Position numbers and translations under genes: made by a program
In this document: piece after piece, positions 1-8,053 of the stretch
How the letters are laid out: each line of letters begins with the position of its first letter
Position numbering within the stretch: the first letter of the stretch is position 1
Notes under the pieces: model-generated
The model's database searches: none
What the model saw: the letters and a program-made list of their open reading frames with translations, nothing else
Told to the model about the DNA's origin: nothing
From: a virus
Taxonomy: Duplodnaviria > Heunggongvirae > Uroviricota > Caudoviricetes
Virus record (IMG/VR): IMGVR_UViG_2778261354_000015
Length of the DNA: 32,488 nt
Reading direction: 5' to 3' (one strand)

Positions 1-318
1 GTGAAAAAGATAGCTGCTATATCATTAATTAGTGTTTTTCTTATGTCTGGTTGTGCTGTGCATAATGATGAGACAAGTATCGGTAAATTTGGCCTTGCAT
101 ATAAAAGTAATATTCAGCGTAAACTTGATAACCAATACTACACCGAAGCCGAAGCTTCTTTAGCCAGGGGTAGAATATCTGGTGCAGAAAATATAGTAAA
201 AAATGATGCAACTCATTTCTGTGTTACCCAGGGCAAAAAAATGCAGATAGTTGACCTGAAGACAGAAGGTGCAGGATTACATGGCGTCGCTCGTCTGACA
301 TTCAAATGTGGAGAGTGA
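1..318 (+). CDS. yegR: Small lipoprotein (YegR-like), 105 aa, host gene flanking the prophage
   Basis: Complete ORF with signal peptide and lipobox (LMSGC). Lies on the far side of the P2 remnant from yegQ, as yegR does in E. coli K-12. Symbol from memory of the K-12 locus, not searched. Confidence 0.6.
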   Translation: MKKIAAISLISVFLMSGCAVHNDETSIGKFGLAYKSNIQRKLDNQYYTEAEASLARGRISGAENIVKNDATHFCVTQGKKMQIVDLKTEGAGLHGVARLTFKCGE

Positions 319-487
319 GAATATTTTTTGGTAAGCGTCAAACATGCGCGTTCTGGCTGTGCGTAACCGGAACCTGTGCGAGCACGATGTCGATAAGTAA
401 AAGGCATCGTGCTATGAAGGAGGATTCTATCGATGTGGTCAATGGAAGACGGTGACCAGGGATCAATCCGTATTTACAGCTTATGCA

Positions 488-515
488 TAAAAAATAAGCC
501 CGTGTAAGGGAGATT
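488..515. repeat. attL core (direct repeat copy 1)
   Basis: taaaaaataagcccgtgtaagggagatt is identical to 30955..30982. It matches the 27-bp P2 att core sequence as I remember it. Confidence 0.85.
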
Positions 516-594
516 TAGGGTGTCACCAGTAGGGGCTTTCAACGGTACAATGCGGGTTTGAGCGGCATAAATTACCACTGAAAGCCCTTAAACG

Positions 595-1608
595 TTACTC
601 TACTGTGGACACTGTGTGGACACTCTCGGCCTCAGTACCACCTCTTAGCGGATTAAGAGAAATGGCGTCCTGAAGGTACTCTGGCGCAAAATGAGCGTAA
701 ACCATAGTTTGTTCAATCCGCGTGTGACCTAGTATCCGTTGTAGCGTGATAATACTTCCTCCATTAATCATGAAATGAGTGGCAAAGCTGTGCCTTAGTG
801 CATGTGTGGCTTGCCCCATTGGCAAATCCGGTTTTATTGCTTTCATTGTTCGTCTGAAGCGAGGGTAATCAGCATCAGGGAATAAAAAACCTCGTTTGTT
901 ATCCGCGATCATTTTGGCAACAGCCTCTGAGATCGGGACGGTGCGTGGTTTGTTTGTTTTCGTTTTAACAAACGTGACGCGGTTATGGATGATATTTTCT
1001 GCTTTCAAACGAGCTGCTTCTCCCCAACGTGCTCCAGTACTCAGGCAAAGAATCGCAATCTTTTTATTGTCGCCGTCAAGAGCAGCAAGCAGTAAGGCAA
1101 TTTCTTCCTGCGTGAGATAGCCTGTGTCTGGTTTTTCCTCCTTAAGCCTTTTTGTCCCTCTGATAGGGTGCTCACCAAAGAATAACTCCGCTTCAATCAG
1201 GGCTGTAAACATGCCGCTAATACATGTTAAATCACGATTGATACTCGAAGGTTTAATACCCTGACTTCTTCGGGTGGCGCAGTACTGGCTGATAAGCGAT
1301 TTCGTAATTTGAAATGCGCATGGGTCATTCGTTATTTTTGTGAAGATTTCAATTTTTCCAAGATTAGATTTCCCATGCTCTTCGTGTTTACCCTTTAAAT
1401 CCCACCAGATCTGTGTCAGCTCCGACAGACGTCGCTTGTCTGTTGGTTTTGATAGCCATTCTTTATTGTGGTGGTTGTACAACGTGTATTTCTCGAAAGC
1501 GACAGCTTCGCTTTTCTTATCAAACTTCCTACGGATGCGTTTTCCATTACGTCCAGTAGGGCGGATGTCCACTTCATATCGACCATCATCGAGTTTTTTG
1601 ATTGCCAT
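595..1608 (-). CDS. int: Tyrosine integrase, P2 Int-like (337 aa)
   Basis: Length and sequence match P2 Int. C-terminal catalytic region has the R..H.LRH..Y arrangement (HALRHSFATH ... Y). Sits next to attL. RBS ggaggg upstream. Confidence 0.95.
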   Translation of the reverse strand: MAIKKLDDGRYEVDIRPTGRNGKRIRRKFDKKSEAVAFEKYTLYNHHNKEWLSKPTDKRRLSELTQIWWDLKGKHEEHGKSNLGKIEIFTKITNDPCAFQITKSLISQYCATRRSQGIKPSSINRDLTCISGMFTALIEAELFFGEHPIRGTKRLKEEKPDTGYLTQEEIALLLAALDGDNKKIAILCLSTGARWGEAARLKAENIIHNRVTFVKTKTNKPRTVPISEAVAKMIADNKRGFLFPDADYPRFRRTMKAIKPDLPMGQATHALRHSFATHFMINGGSIITLQRILGHTRIEQTMVYAHFAPEYLQDAISLNPLRGGTEAESVHTVSTVE

Positions 1609-1723
1609 CAGAAAACCCTCCGAGTGGTGTGTTTTTTGGCGACTACTAATCGCTTTTTTCGTGGTGGCTGAAATTTAGCCACCAATAGTAGGCACTTGTG
1701 ATGAATATATTCACGATGAATTG

Positions 1724-2023
1724 TTAACCAGTCTTTTGACCGGAGTGGGGCGACGTTGTTTCGTTTTGCCCAAAGTGTGCGAGAGCGGGCGCAATTTGCC
1801 CGGACTCAGGAGCGATCTGATTGGTCATGAACCATAAAGTGTATTTGGTGAATTGTGGGGTCTGCAGGATGTTCATCATGACATCTGTTGGAGGTGTTGA
1901 ACGACCACTTTCATAGTAACTCAGCGTGCCATACGGAACCCCTGTTAAATCAGCAAGTTGTTGTCTGCTCAAATACTCTGATTTTCGCATTAAGACTATC
2001 TTCTCGCTTATCGTGTTTGACAT
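1724..2023 (-). CDS. C: Immunity repressor C (99 aa)
   Basis: 99-aa ORF divergent from cox. Sequence matches P2 repressor C as remembered. Position between int and cox. Confidence 0.92.
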   Translation of the reverse strand: MSNTISEKIVLMRKSEYLSRQQLADLTGVPYGTLSYYESGRSTPPTDVMMNILQTPQFTKYTLWFMTNQIAPESGQIAPALAHFGQNETTSPHSGQKTG

Positions 2024-2137
2024 GGTGTTTAGATCTCAATAGTATTTAGTTTAGATGTAGATTGTTTAGTGCTTGGATGTGTGCACTAAAAGGCATTATA
2101 AGGCATTAAACGCAATTCATGAGGGCTGGAGGACGAC
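2024..2137. promoter_or_regulatory. Lysis-lysogeny switch region (divergent Pc/Pe promoters with C operators)
   Basis: Intergenic region between divergent C and cox. 8-bp direct repeats gtttagat at 2027..2034 and 2049..2056 (22 bp apart) resemble the P2 O1/O2 operator half-sites. Direct repeat aggcatta at 2091..2098 and 2101..2108. TATAAT-like hexamer on the minus strand around 2095..2100. Confidence 0.6.
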
Positions 2138-2413
2138 ATGAGCAAGCAAGTAACACTCATGACTGATGCGATTCCTTATCAGGAGTTCGCAAAACTAATA
2201 GGAAAATCGACAGGAGCGGTTCGTCGGATGATCGATAAAGGAAAGCTGCCTGTAATTGATATGACCGATCCACAATCAGCTTCAGGTCGTGCAGGTGAAT
2301 ATTGGGTATACCTTCCGGCATGGAATAACGGACTAAAACTGGCTTATGAAAGCCGCCCTAAAGAGATTCGTGACGGCTGGTTGATGTGGTTAGGTCTCGG
2401 TGAACCACGTTAA
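2138..2413 (+). CDS. cox: Cox, excisionase and early-promoter repressor (91 aa)
   Basis: Matches P2 Cox in length and sequence. First gene of the early rightward operon. Confidence 0.93.
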   Translation: MSKQVTLMTDAIPYQEFAKLIGKSTGAVRRMIDKGKLPVIDMTDPQSASGRAGEYWVYLPAWNNGLKLAYESRPKEIRDGWLMWLGLGEPR

Positions 2414-2423
2414 GGAGAACCGT

Positions 2424-2594
2424 ATGAATGAACCTCGTTGTATTGCTCAGTTACTGCGTAACGAAAGCCCCAGGGCGATTGACTTCACCATCACCCACGG
2501 TAAGGGGCGTAAGGGAATCATTATCCGCACCAAAAAACAGAGTCCGTTAAAAAAGGCTCTGACCTTTCTGAAAAGCCGGAGGGTATGGAAATGA
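2424..2594 (+). CDS. P2 orf78-like small early protein
   Basis: Start chosen at the ATG preceded by RBS aaggaga (2412..2418) rather than the upstream ATG at 2400. Conserved P2 position between cox and B. Confidence 0.7.
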   Translation: MNEPRCIAQLLRNESPRAIDFTITHGKGRKGIIIRTKKQSPLKKALTFLKSRRVWK

Positions 2595-3091
2595 CAGTGA
2601 TGACGCTCAATCTCGTTGAAAAACAGCCAGCAACTATGCGCCGGATAATTGGTAAGCATCTGGCCGTCCCTCGCTGGCAGGAGACATGCGATTATTATAA
2701 TCAGATGATGGAACGCGAACGGCTAACGGTATGCTTTCATGCGCAGTTAAAACAGCGTCACGCAACGATGCGTTTTGAAGAAATGAACGACGTCGAACGT
2801 GAACGGCTGGTTTATGCAATTGATGAATTGCGTGGGGCATTCTCAAAACGCCGTCAGGTTGGCGCAAGTGAGTATGCATATATTAGTTTTTTAACAGTCA
2901 GTCAGCGTCGTACTTTATTTATGCATGCCGGATTGACTGAAAAAGAATTCAACCAGCCATACTGGCGAATTAATGAAGAATCATGTTACTGGCGTGATGC
3001 TTTATTCCGTGCATTACGTGAATTATTCAGCCTGTTTGAGTATGCACCGACAATTCTGACGTCGGTAAAACCAGAGCAATATCTGCATTAA
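2591..3091 (+). CDS. B: Replication protein B (DnaB helicase loader-like)
   Basis: Matches P2 gpB. Start set at the ATG at 2591 (RBS ggaggg 2577..2582) rather than 2585, whose RBS spacing is too short. Confidence 0.88.
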   Translation: MTVMTLNLVEKQPATMRRIIGKHLAVPRWQETCDYYNQMMERERLTVCFHAQLKQRHATMRFEEMNDVERERLVYAIDELRGAFSKRRQVGASEYAYISFLTVSQRRTLFMHAGLTEKEFNQPYWRINEESCYWRDALFRALRELFSLFEYAPTILTSVKPEQYLH

Positions 3092-3154
3092 ATAATTAAC
3101 CAGAGTTTTTAACGCACTTAATCGTGCGGGGCTTCTTTTTGCCTGGAGAAAGTC

Positions 3155-3379
3155 ATGCATACAGTTTCTGAAAACAAGTGCGGTAAATACGCATTACTGC
3201 TGCAACAGGCCAGAGCCGAAGCACAGGCCGACGCAGCGACACGCTTTTCTTCTCATCTTGACGCCATGATTCGCCATATCACAAAGGCGGAGTTATCCCG
3301 CGTGGAGATAGTCGAGCTGCTCAGTCAGGAGTCGGAAAAATTTCACAATATCGGATTGTCTCGCGGGGAGGTGCTTTGA
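3155..3379 (+). CDS. P2 orf80-like hypothetical protein
   Basis: Conserved small ORF between B and A in P2 early-operon synteny. Confidence 0.7.
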   Translation: MHTVSENKCGKYALLLQQARAEAQADAATRFSSHLDAMIRHITKAELSRVEIVELLSQESEKFHNIGLSRGEVL

Positions 3380-3681
3380 TGTCCTGTTCTCATTCAGTTG
3401 TATTACTGAATAACGCCTTAAAAATCGCCGTTATGAAAAATGGTGATTTGTCTCTTATTCAACTTGGTATTGATAAAGAGAAGCGCGAAATAACTGAATC
3501 TGTTATCGCGATTTATCAGAGTGAATTAAACCTCCTGTCTGATGTGGTCAATTTACTTGTTAAACGCGCTGTATTCCACAAGCAAATTTCCTCAGTGGAT
3601 GAACTGACAAAATTAACGACAGAACTCGCCAGTTATTGCGCTGATGAATTTAAGAAGCTGAACGACAAAAGGAGCTGGTAA
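3376..3681 (+). CDS. P2 orf81-like hypothetical protein
   Basis: Start is translationally coupled to the upstream ORF stop. P2 synteny. Confidence 0.7.
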   Translation: MMSCSHSVVLLNNALKIAVMKNGDLSLIQLGIDKEKREITESVIAIYQSELNLLSDVVNLLVKRAVFHKQISSVDELTKLTTELASYCADEFKKLNDKRSW

Positions 3682-3905
3682 TGCCGGACAACGTAGATTT
3701 TATTCAGGAACAACAGGCTGAATTACTGGAGCGCCAGATTAACGCGGCAAGGGTAAAACATTGCGGTGCTTCTGCGCTGGTTTGCGAAGAGTGTGACGCG
3801 CCAATACCTGCTGCCCGTCGTGCGGCTTATCCGTCAGCCACGCGATGTGTTTCCTGTCAGTCAGTCTTTGAAGCAAAAAACAAACATTACCGGAGAACGG
3901 CATGA
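3681..3905 (+). CDS. TraR/DksA-family C4 zinc-finger protein (P2 orf82-like)
   Basis: CEEC ... CVSC four-cysteine motif near the C-terminus, typical of the phage TraR/DksA zinc-finger family. P2 synteny. Confidence 0.8.
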   Translation: MPDNVDFIQEQQAELLERQINAARVKHCGASALVCEECDAPIPAARRAAYPSATRCVSCQSVFEAKNKHYRRTA

Positions 3906-4177
3906 GTATTCGTATTGAAATTGGCGAACGTTATGTCGTTACCAGTGACAGCTTTCAGTTTATTCTCCACGAGAAAAAGAGAGCTGAAAGCGGTAAAAAC
4001 GCCGGTCAGGAATGGCTGGCGGTGGTTGGTTATTACCCGAAATTAAGCCAGCTCGTTTCCGGCCTGATGCATCACGATATTCTGACCGGAAGCGCAAAGT
4101 CTTTTGCTGATTTAAACGCGCAGGTTGAGCAACTCAGCAAGCGTTGTTCAGAGGCTTTTGGCTCATATGGCCGTTAA
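3902..4177 (+). CDS. P2 orf83-like hypothetical protein
   Basis: Conserved ORF that overlaps the start of A. P2 synteny. Confidence 0.7.
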   Translation: MSIRIEIGERYVVTSDSFQFILHEKKRAESGKNAGQEWLAVVGYYPKLSQLVSGLMHHDILTGSAKSFADLNAQVEQLSKRCSEAFGSYGR

Positions 4178-6455
4178 AGCCTCCGGGCGTTTTGTCCCTC
4201 CGTCAGCATTTGCCGCAGGCACCGGTAAGACGTTTACCGGTGCTTATGCATGGAACGCGCCACGCGAGGCTGTCGGGCGCGAAAGACCCCTTACACGTGA
4301 CGAGATGCGTCAGGTGCAAGGTGTTTTATCCACGATTAACCGCCTGCCTTACTTTTTGCGCTCGCTGTTTACTTCACGCTATGACTACATCCGGCGCAAT
4401 AAAAGCCCGGTGCACGGGTTTTATTTCCTCACATCCACTTTTCAGCGTCGTTTATGGCCGCGCATTGAGCGTGTGAATCAGCGCCATGAAATGAACACCG
4501 ACGCGTCGTTGCTGTTTCTGGCAGAGCGTGACCACTATGCGCGCCTGCCGGGAATGAATGACAAGGAGCTGAAAAAGTTTGCCGCCCGTATTTCATCGCA
4601 GCTTTTCATGATGTATGAGGAACTCAGCGATGCCTGGGTGGATGCGCATGGCGAAAAAGAATCGCTGTTTACGGATGAGGCGCAGGTTCACCTCTATGGT
4701 CATGTTGCTGGCGCTGCACGTGCTTTCAATATTTCCCCTCTCTACTGGAAAAAATACCGTAAAGGACAGATGACCACGAGGCAGGCATATTCTGCCATTG
4801 CCCGTCTGTTTAACGATGAGTGGTGGACTCATCAGCTTAAAGGCCAGCGTATGCGCTGGCATGAGGCGTTACTGATTGCTGTCGGGGAGGTGAATAAAGA
4901 CCGTTCTCCTTATGCCAGTAAACATGCCATTCGTGATGTGCGTGCACGCCGCCAGGCAAATCTGGAATTTCTTAAATCGTGTGACCTTGAAAACAGGGAA
5001 ACCGGCGAGCGCATCGACCTTATCAGTAAGGTGATGGGCAGTATTTCTAATCCTGAAATTCGCCGGATGGAGCTGATGAACACCATTGCCGGTATTGAGC
5101 GTTACGCCGCCGCAGAGGGTGATGTGGGGATGTTTATCACGCTGACCACGCCGTCAAAGTATCACCCGACACGTCAGGTCGGAAAAGGCGAAAGTAAAAC
5201 CGTCCAGCTTAATCACGGCTGGAATGATGAGGCATTTAATCCAAAGGATGCGCAGCGTTATCTCTGCCGTATCTGGAGCCTGATGCGCACGGCATTCAAG
5301 GATAATGATTTACAGGTCTACGGTTTGCGTGTCGTCGAGCCACACCACGACGGAACGCCGCACTGGCATATGATGCTTTTTTGTAATCCACGCCAGCGTA
5401 ACCAGATTATCGAAATCATGCGTCGCTATGCGCTCAAAGAGGATGGCGACGAAAGAGGAGCCGCGCGAAACCGTTTTCAGGCGAAACACCTTAACCGGGG
5501 CGGTGCTGCGGGGTATATCGCGAAATACATCTCAAAAAATATCGACGGCTATGCACTGGATGGTCAGCTCGATAATGATACCGGCAGACCGCTGAAAGAC
5601 ACTGCCGCGGCTGTTACCGCATGGGCGTCAACGTGGCGCATCCCGCAATTTAAAACGGTTGGTCTGCCGACAATGGGGGCTTACCGTGAACTACGCAAAT
5701 TGCCTCGCGGCGTCAGCATTGCTGATGAGTTTGACGAGCGCGTCGAGGCTGCACGCGCCGCCGCAGACAGTGGTGATTTTGCGTTGTATATCAGCGCGCA
5801 GGGTGGGGCAAATGTCCCGCGCGATTGTCAGACTGTCAGGGTCGCCCGTAGCCCGTCGGATGACGTTAACGAGTATGAGGAAGAAGTCGAGAGAGTGGTC
5901 GGCATTTACGCGCCGCATCTCGGCGCGCGTCATATTCATATCACCAGAACGACGGACTGGCGCATTGTGCCGAAAGTTCCGGTCGTTGAGCCTTTGACTT
6001 TAAAAAGCGGCATCGCCGCGCCTCGGAGTCCTGTCAATAACTGTGGAACGCTCACCGGTGGTGATACTTCGTTACCGGCTCCCACACCTTCTGAGCACGC
6101 CGCAGCAGTGCTTAATCTGGTAGATGACGGTGTTATCGAATGGAATGACCCGGAGGTCGTGAGGGCGCTCAGAGGTGCATTAAAACACGGCCTGAGAAGA
6201 CCAAACCGTCAGCAAAGAAACGGAAGCCCGTTAAAACCGCATGAAATAGCGCCATCGGCCAGACTGACCCGGTCGGAACGAATGCAAATTACCCGTATCC
6301 GCGTTGACCTTGCTCAGAACGGTATCAGGCCTCAGCGATGGGAGATTGAGGCGCTGGCGCGTGGGGCAACCGTGACATACGACGGACAAAAATTCACATA
6401 TCCAGATGCGGATGAGTGGTCGGGGTTTTCAACCACAATAGAGTGGAATCAATGA
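4167..6455 (+). CDS. A: Replication initiation protein A (rolling-circle nickase)
   Basis: About 760 aa, matching P2 gpA. Start set at MAVKASG (4167) rather than the ORF-track start at 4125. Contains the conserved HWHMMLF and GYIAKYISKN motifs of rolling-circle initiators. Confidence 0.93.
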   Translation: MAVKASGRFVPPSAFAAGTGKTFTGAYAWNAPREAVGRERPLTRDEMRQVQGVLSTINRLPYFLRSLFTSRYDYIRRNKSPVHGFYFLTSTFQRRLWPRIERVNQRHEMNTDASLLFLAERDHYARLPGMNDKELKKFAARISSQLFMMYEELSDAWVDAHGEKESLFTDEAQVHLYGHVAGAARAFNISPLYWKKYRKGQMTTRQAYSAIARLFNDEWWTHQLKGQRMRWHEALLIAVGEVNKDRSPYASKHAIRDVRARRQANLEFLKSCDLENRETGERIDLISKVMGSISNPEIRRMELMNTIAGIERYAAAEGDVGMFITLTTPSKYHPTRQVGKGESKTVQLNHGWNDEAFNPKDAQRYLCRIWSLMRTAFKDNDLQVYGLRVVEPHHDGTPHWHMMLFCNPRQRNQIIEIMRRYALKEDGDERGAARNRFQAKHLNRGGAAGYIAKYISKNIDGYALDGQLDNDTGRPLKDTAAAVTAWASTWRIPQFKTVGLPTMGAYRELRKLPRGVSIADEFDERVEAARAAADSGDFALYISAQGGANVPRDCQTVRVARSPSDDVNEYEEEVERVVGIYAPHLGARHIHITRTTDWRIVPKVPVVEPLTLKSGIAAPRSPVNNCGTLTGGDTSLPAPTPSEHAAAVLNLVDDGVIEWNDPEVVRALRGALKHGLRRPNRQQRNGSPLKPHEIAPSARLTRSERMQITRIRVDLAQNGIRPQRWEIEALARGATVTYDGQKFTYPDADEWSGFSTTIEWNQ

Positions 6456-6520
6456 CAAAGGTAAATCACATTAAAAACGTATCTGCTTACTTTAAGAGAT
6501 GATTTTCTCTTTAAAGCATT

Positions 6521-6549
6521 GTATGGTTGCTGGCGATATGGCATATAAT
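6521..6549 (+). promoter_or_regulatory. Candidate sigma70 promoter for cargo gene 1
   Basis: Perfect TATAAT at 6544..6549, with a weak -35 (gtatgg, 6521..6526) at 17-bp spacing. Lies in the AT-rich intergenic region upstream of 6661. Confidence 0.35.
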
Positions 6550-6660
6550 GTAGCAAAAACATGAGCTTGGTAAGAAACGATTCTGTCATAAGGCATAGTT
6601 CTGCCACTCGCTCGGTATTGATGCCATGGACATGGACTCTATTTAAATCAAGGTGCATAT

Positions 6661-7620
6661 ATGAAAATATTTATTAGTTGGTCAGGTTCGGACAGCCTAG
6701 AGATAGCGAAAGTATTACGGGATTGGATCCCTAATGTTATTCAAGTAGCTGAGCCGTACGTATCAGCAGAGGATATTGATAAAGGTACTCGCTGGGCGAC
6801 CGATATATCAAAGGAACTTGATGACTCTTCTTATGGCATTATTTGTCTTACAAAGAGTAATATTAATGCTCCTTGGATAAATTTTGAAGCAGGTGCTTTA
6901 GGTAAAAAAGTTGACAAAAGCCGAGTTAGCCCTTTCTTGTTTAAAATTAAACCATCTGAAGTAACAGGTCCAATTTTACAATTTCAGTCTACTCGCTCGG
7001 ATGATAAAAACGATATTTTGAAGTTGATGTTATCCATAAATAAACAAGCTGGATTTTTGTCTGAAGATCGCTTAACAAAAGCTTTCGAGCAGTGGTGGCC
7101 AAGTTTAGAACATGAGTTAGATAGCATTCCCGATATTAGTCCTGTAGATAAAGATTCAGCAAAACAAGCAAAAGGTAGTTCAAGTTCTGAAATACAAAAC
7201 CTTTCTAAAATTGTTGAAAACTTGCTGGATATTAGCCGAACGAATCACCAGTTATTACGTGATCCAGCATCGCTTTTGCCAGAAGAATATGTTAGTAAAA
7301 TAATAAATAGAAGTGAGCGTAAAGAAAGTACCTTAAGAACCGTAGTCTCTGATTTATCAGTTGCATATCGTTCAGCTATTCGTCTAAAAAGAAGCCTCAT
7401 GAGACATGGTCTTGATGAAGTCTCGATGGACGAATACATTGATTCACTAAATAAAATAATAGATGATTTTGCTAAACCAATCAATTACTTAGAGCGTCGC
7501 TATGGGAAGGGTAGTGCTCATATGTCAGATGCTTTACTCCATCGTTCACTTAGACCACGATCCAGAAACTTAATTGATATGATGGTTGAGGAAGATACAG
7601 AACAGGATGAAATTGTATGA
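6661..7620 (+). CDS. TIR-like domain protein with uncharacterised C-terminal domain (cargo at the P2 tin/old slot); candidate anti-phage defence protein
   Basis: 319 aa. N-terminus MKIFISWSGSD ... ICLTKSNINAPWINFEAG gives a TIR-type beta-A strand and a W-x3-E motif (E76, codon 6886..6888) like the catalytic Glu of TIR NADases. The gene looks AT-rich compared with the backbone. It occupies the slot where P2 carries orf91/tin/old. Confidence 0.65.
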   Translation: MKIFISWSGSDSLEIAKVLRDWIPNVIQVAEPYVSAEDIDKGTRWATDISKELDDSSYGIICLTKSNINAPWINFEAGALGKKVDKSRVSPFLFKIKPSEVTGPILQFQSTRSDDKNDILKLMLSINKQAGFLSEDRLTKAFEQWWPSLEHELDSIPDISPVDKDSAKQAKGSSSSEIQNLSKIVENLLDISRTNHQLLRDPASLLPEEYVSKIINRSERKESTLRTVVSDLSVAYRSAIRLKRSLMRHGLDEVSMDEYIDSLNKIIDDFAKPINYLERRYGKGSAHMSDALLHRSLRPRSRNLIDMMVEEDTEQDEIV

Positions 7621-7864
7621 TCGATTACGATTAACTACAAACAATCTGATATTATAAAATTTATCAACGCTACAGCCGCCATACTACAGCGGCTGTATAG
7701 GGCTCATAATAGGTATTTTATTGCTATCCCTCAAATCCTAAAAATTGCGGATGCTGCATGAATTCGCATGCTTGATTAACTCTAAATAATCCCCTCACTT
7801 ACGGCTTTTGCGCTGGATTCAACTCTGAATGCACCTGTATTAAAACCGACCCATGAAGCGGGCG

Positions 7865-7883
7865 GGCGAGGCGGGGAAAGCAC
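7865..7883. other. cos site (19-nt cohesive end sequence)
   Basis: ggcgaggcggggaaagcac matches the P2 cohesive-end sequence as I remember it. It sits in the expected place, between the right-end cargo and Q. Confidence 0.65.
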
Positions 7884-8026
7884 TGCGCGCTGGCGGTGGT
7901 GCTGATTTTATTTTTTCAGCGTCTGAGCGCGTCGTGATGGCGTTTAAATTGTTCGCCGGGGCCGTTGGTGTGTCTGCGGGGTGTTTTGTGCGGTGGTGAG
8001 CGTATGAGGGCGTGATGACGGGGTGT

Positions 8027-8048
8027 AAAAAAGCCGCCCGCAGGCGGC
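8027..8048 (-). terminator. Rho-independent terminator downstream of Q
   Basis: GC-rich hairpin (gccgcc / ggcggc, 8033..8048) followed on the minus strand by a run of six U (plus-strand A-run 8027..8032), immediately 3' of the Q stop at 8054. Confidence 0.7.
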
Positions 8049-8053
8049 GATGT

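Noticed and set aside
213-407. 64-aa minus-strand ORF overlapping the yegR 3' end and the attL flank
   Set aside because: Overlaps the yegR coding sequence antisense and runs into intergenic DNA. No RBS and an implausible product.
533-587. 9-bp inverted repeat (gggctttca / tgaaagccc) with 37-nt spacer just downstream of the int stop, as a possible int terminator
   Set aside because: Large loop and no U-run. More likely part of the att arm (Int or IHF binding region) than a terminator.
6449-6658. 69-aa minus-strand ORF in the intergenic region upstream of the TIR-like gene
   Set aside because: AT-rich promoter region. The ORF has no RBS and would overlap the predicted cargo promoter. More likely non-coding.
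7671-7697. Hairpin (tacagccgc / gcggctgta, 9-nt loop) downstream of the TIR-like gene as its terminator
   Set aside because: No U-tract follows the stem, so it is not a canonical intrinsic terminator. Cargo transcription may instead end near cos or be Rho-dependent.
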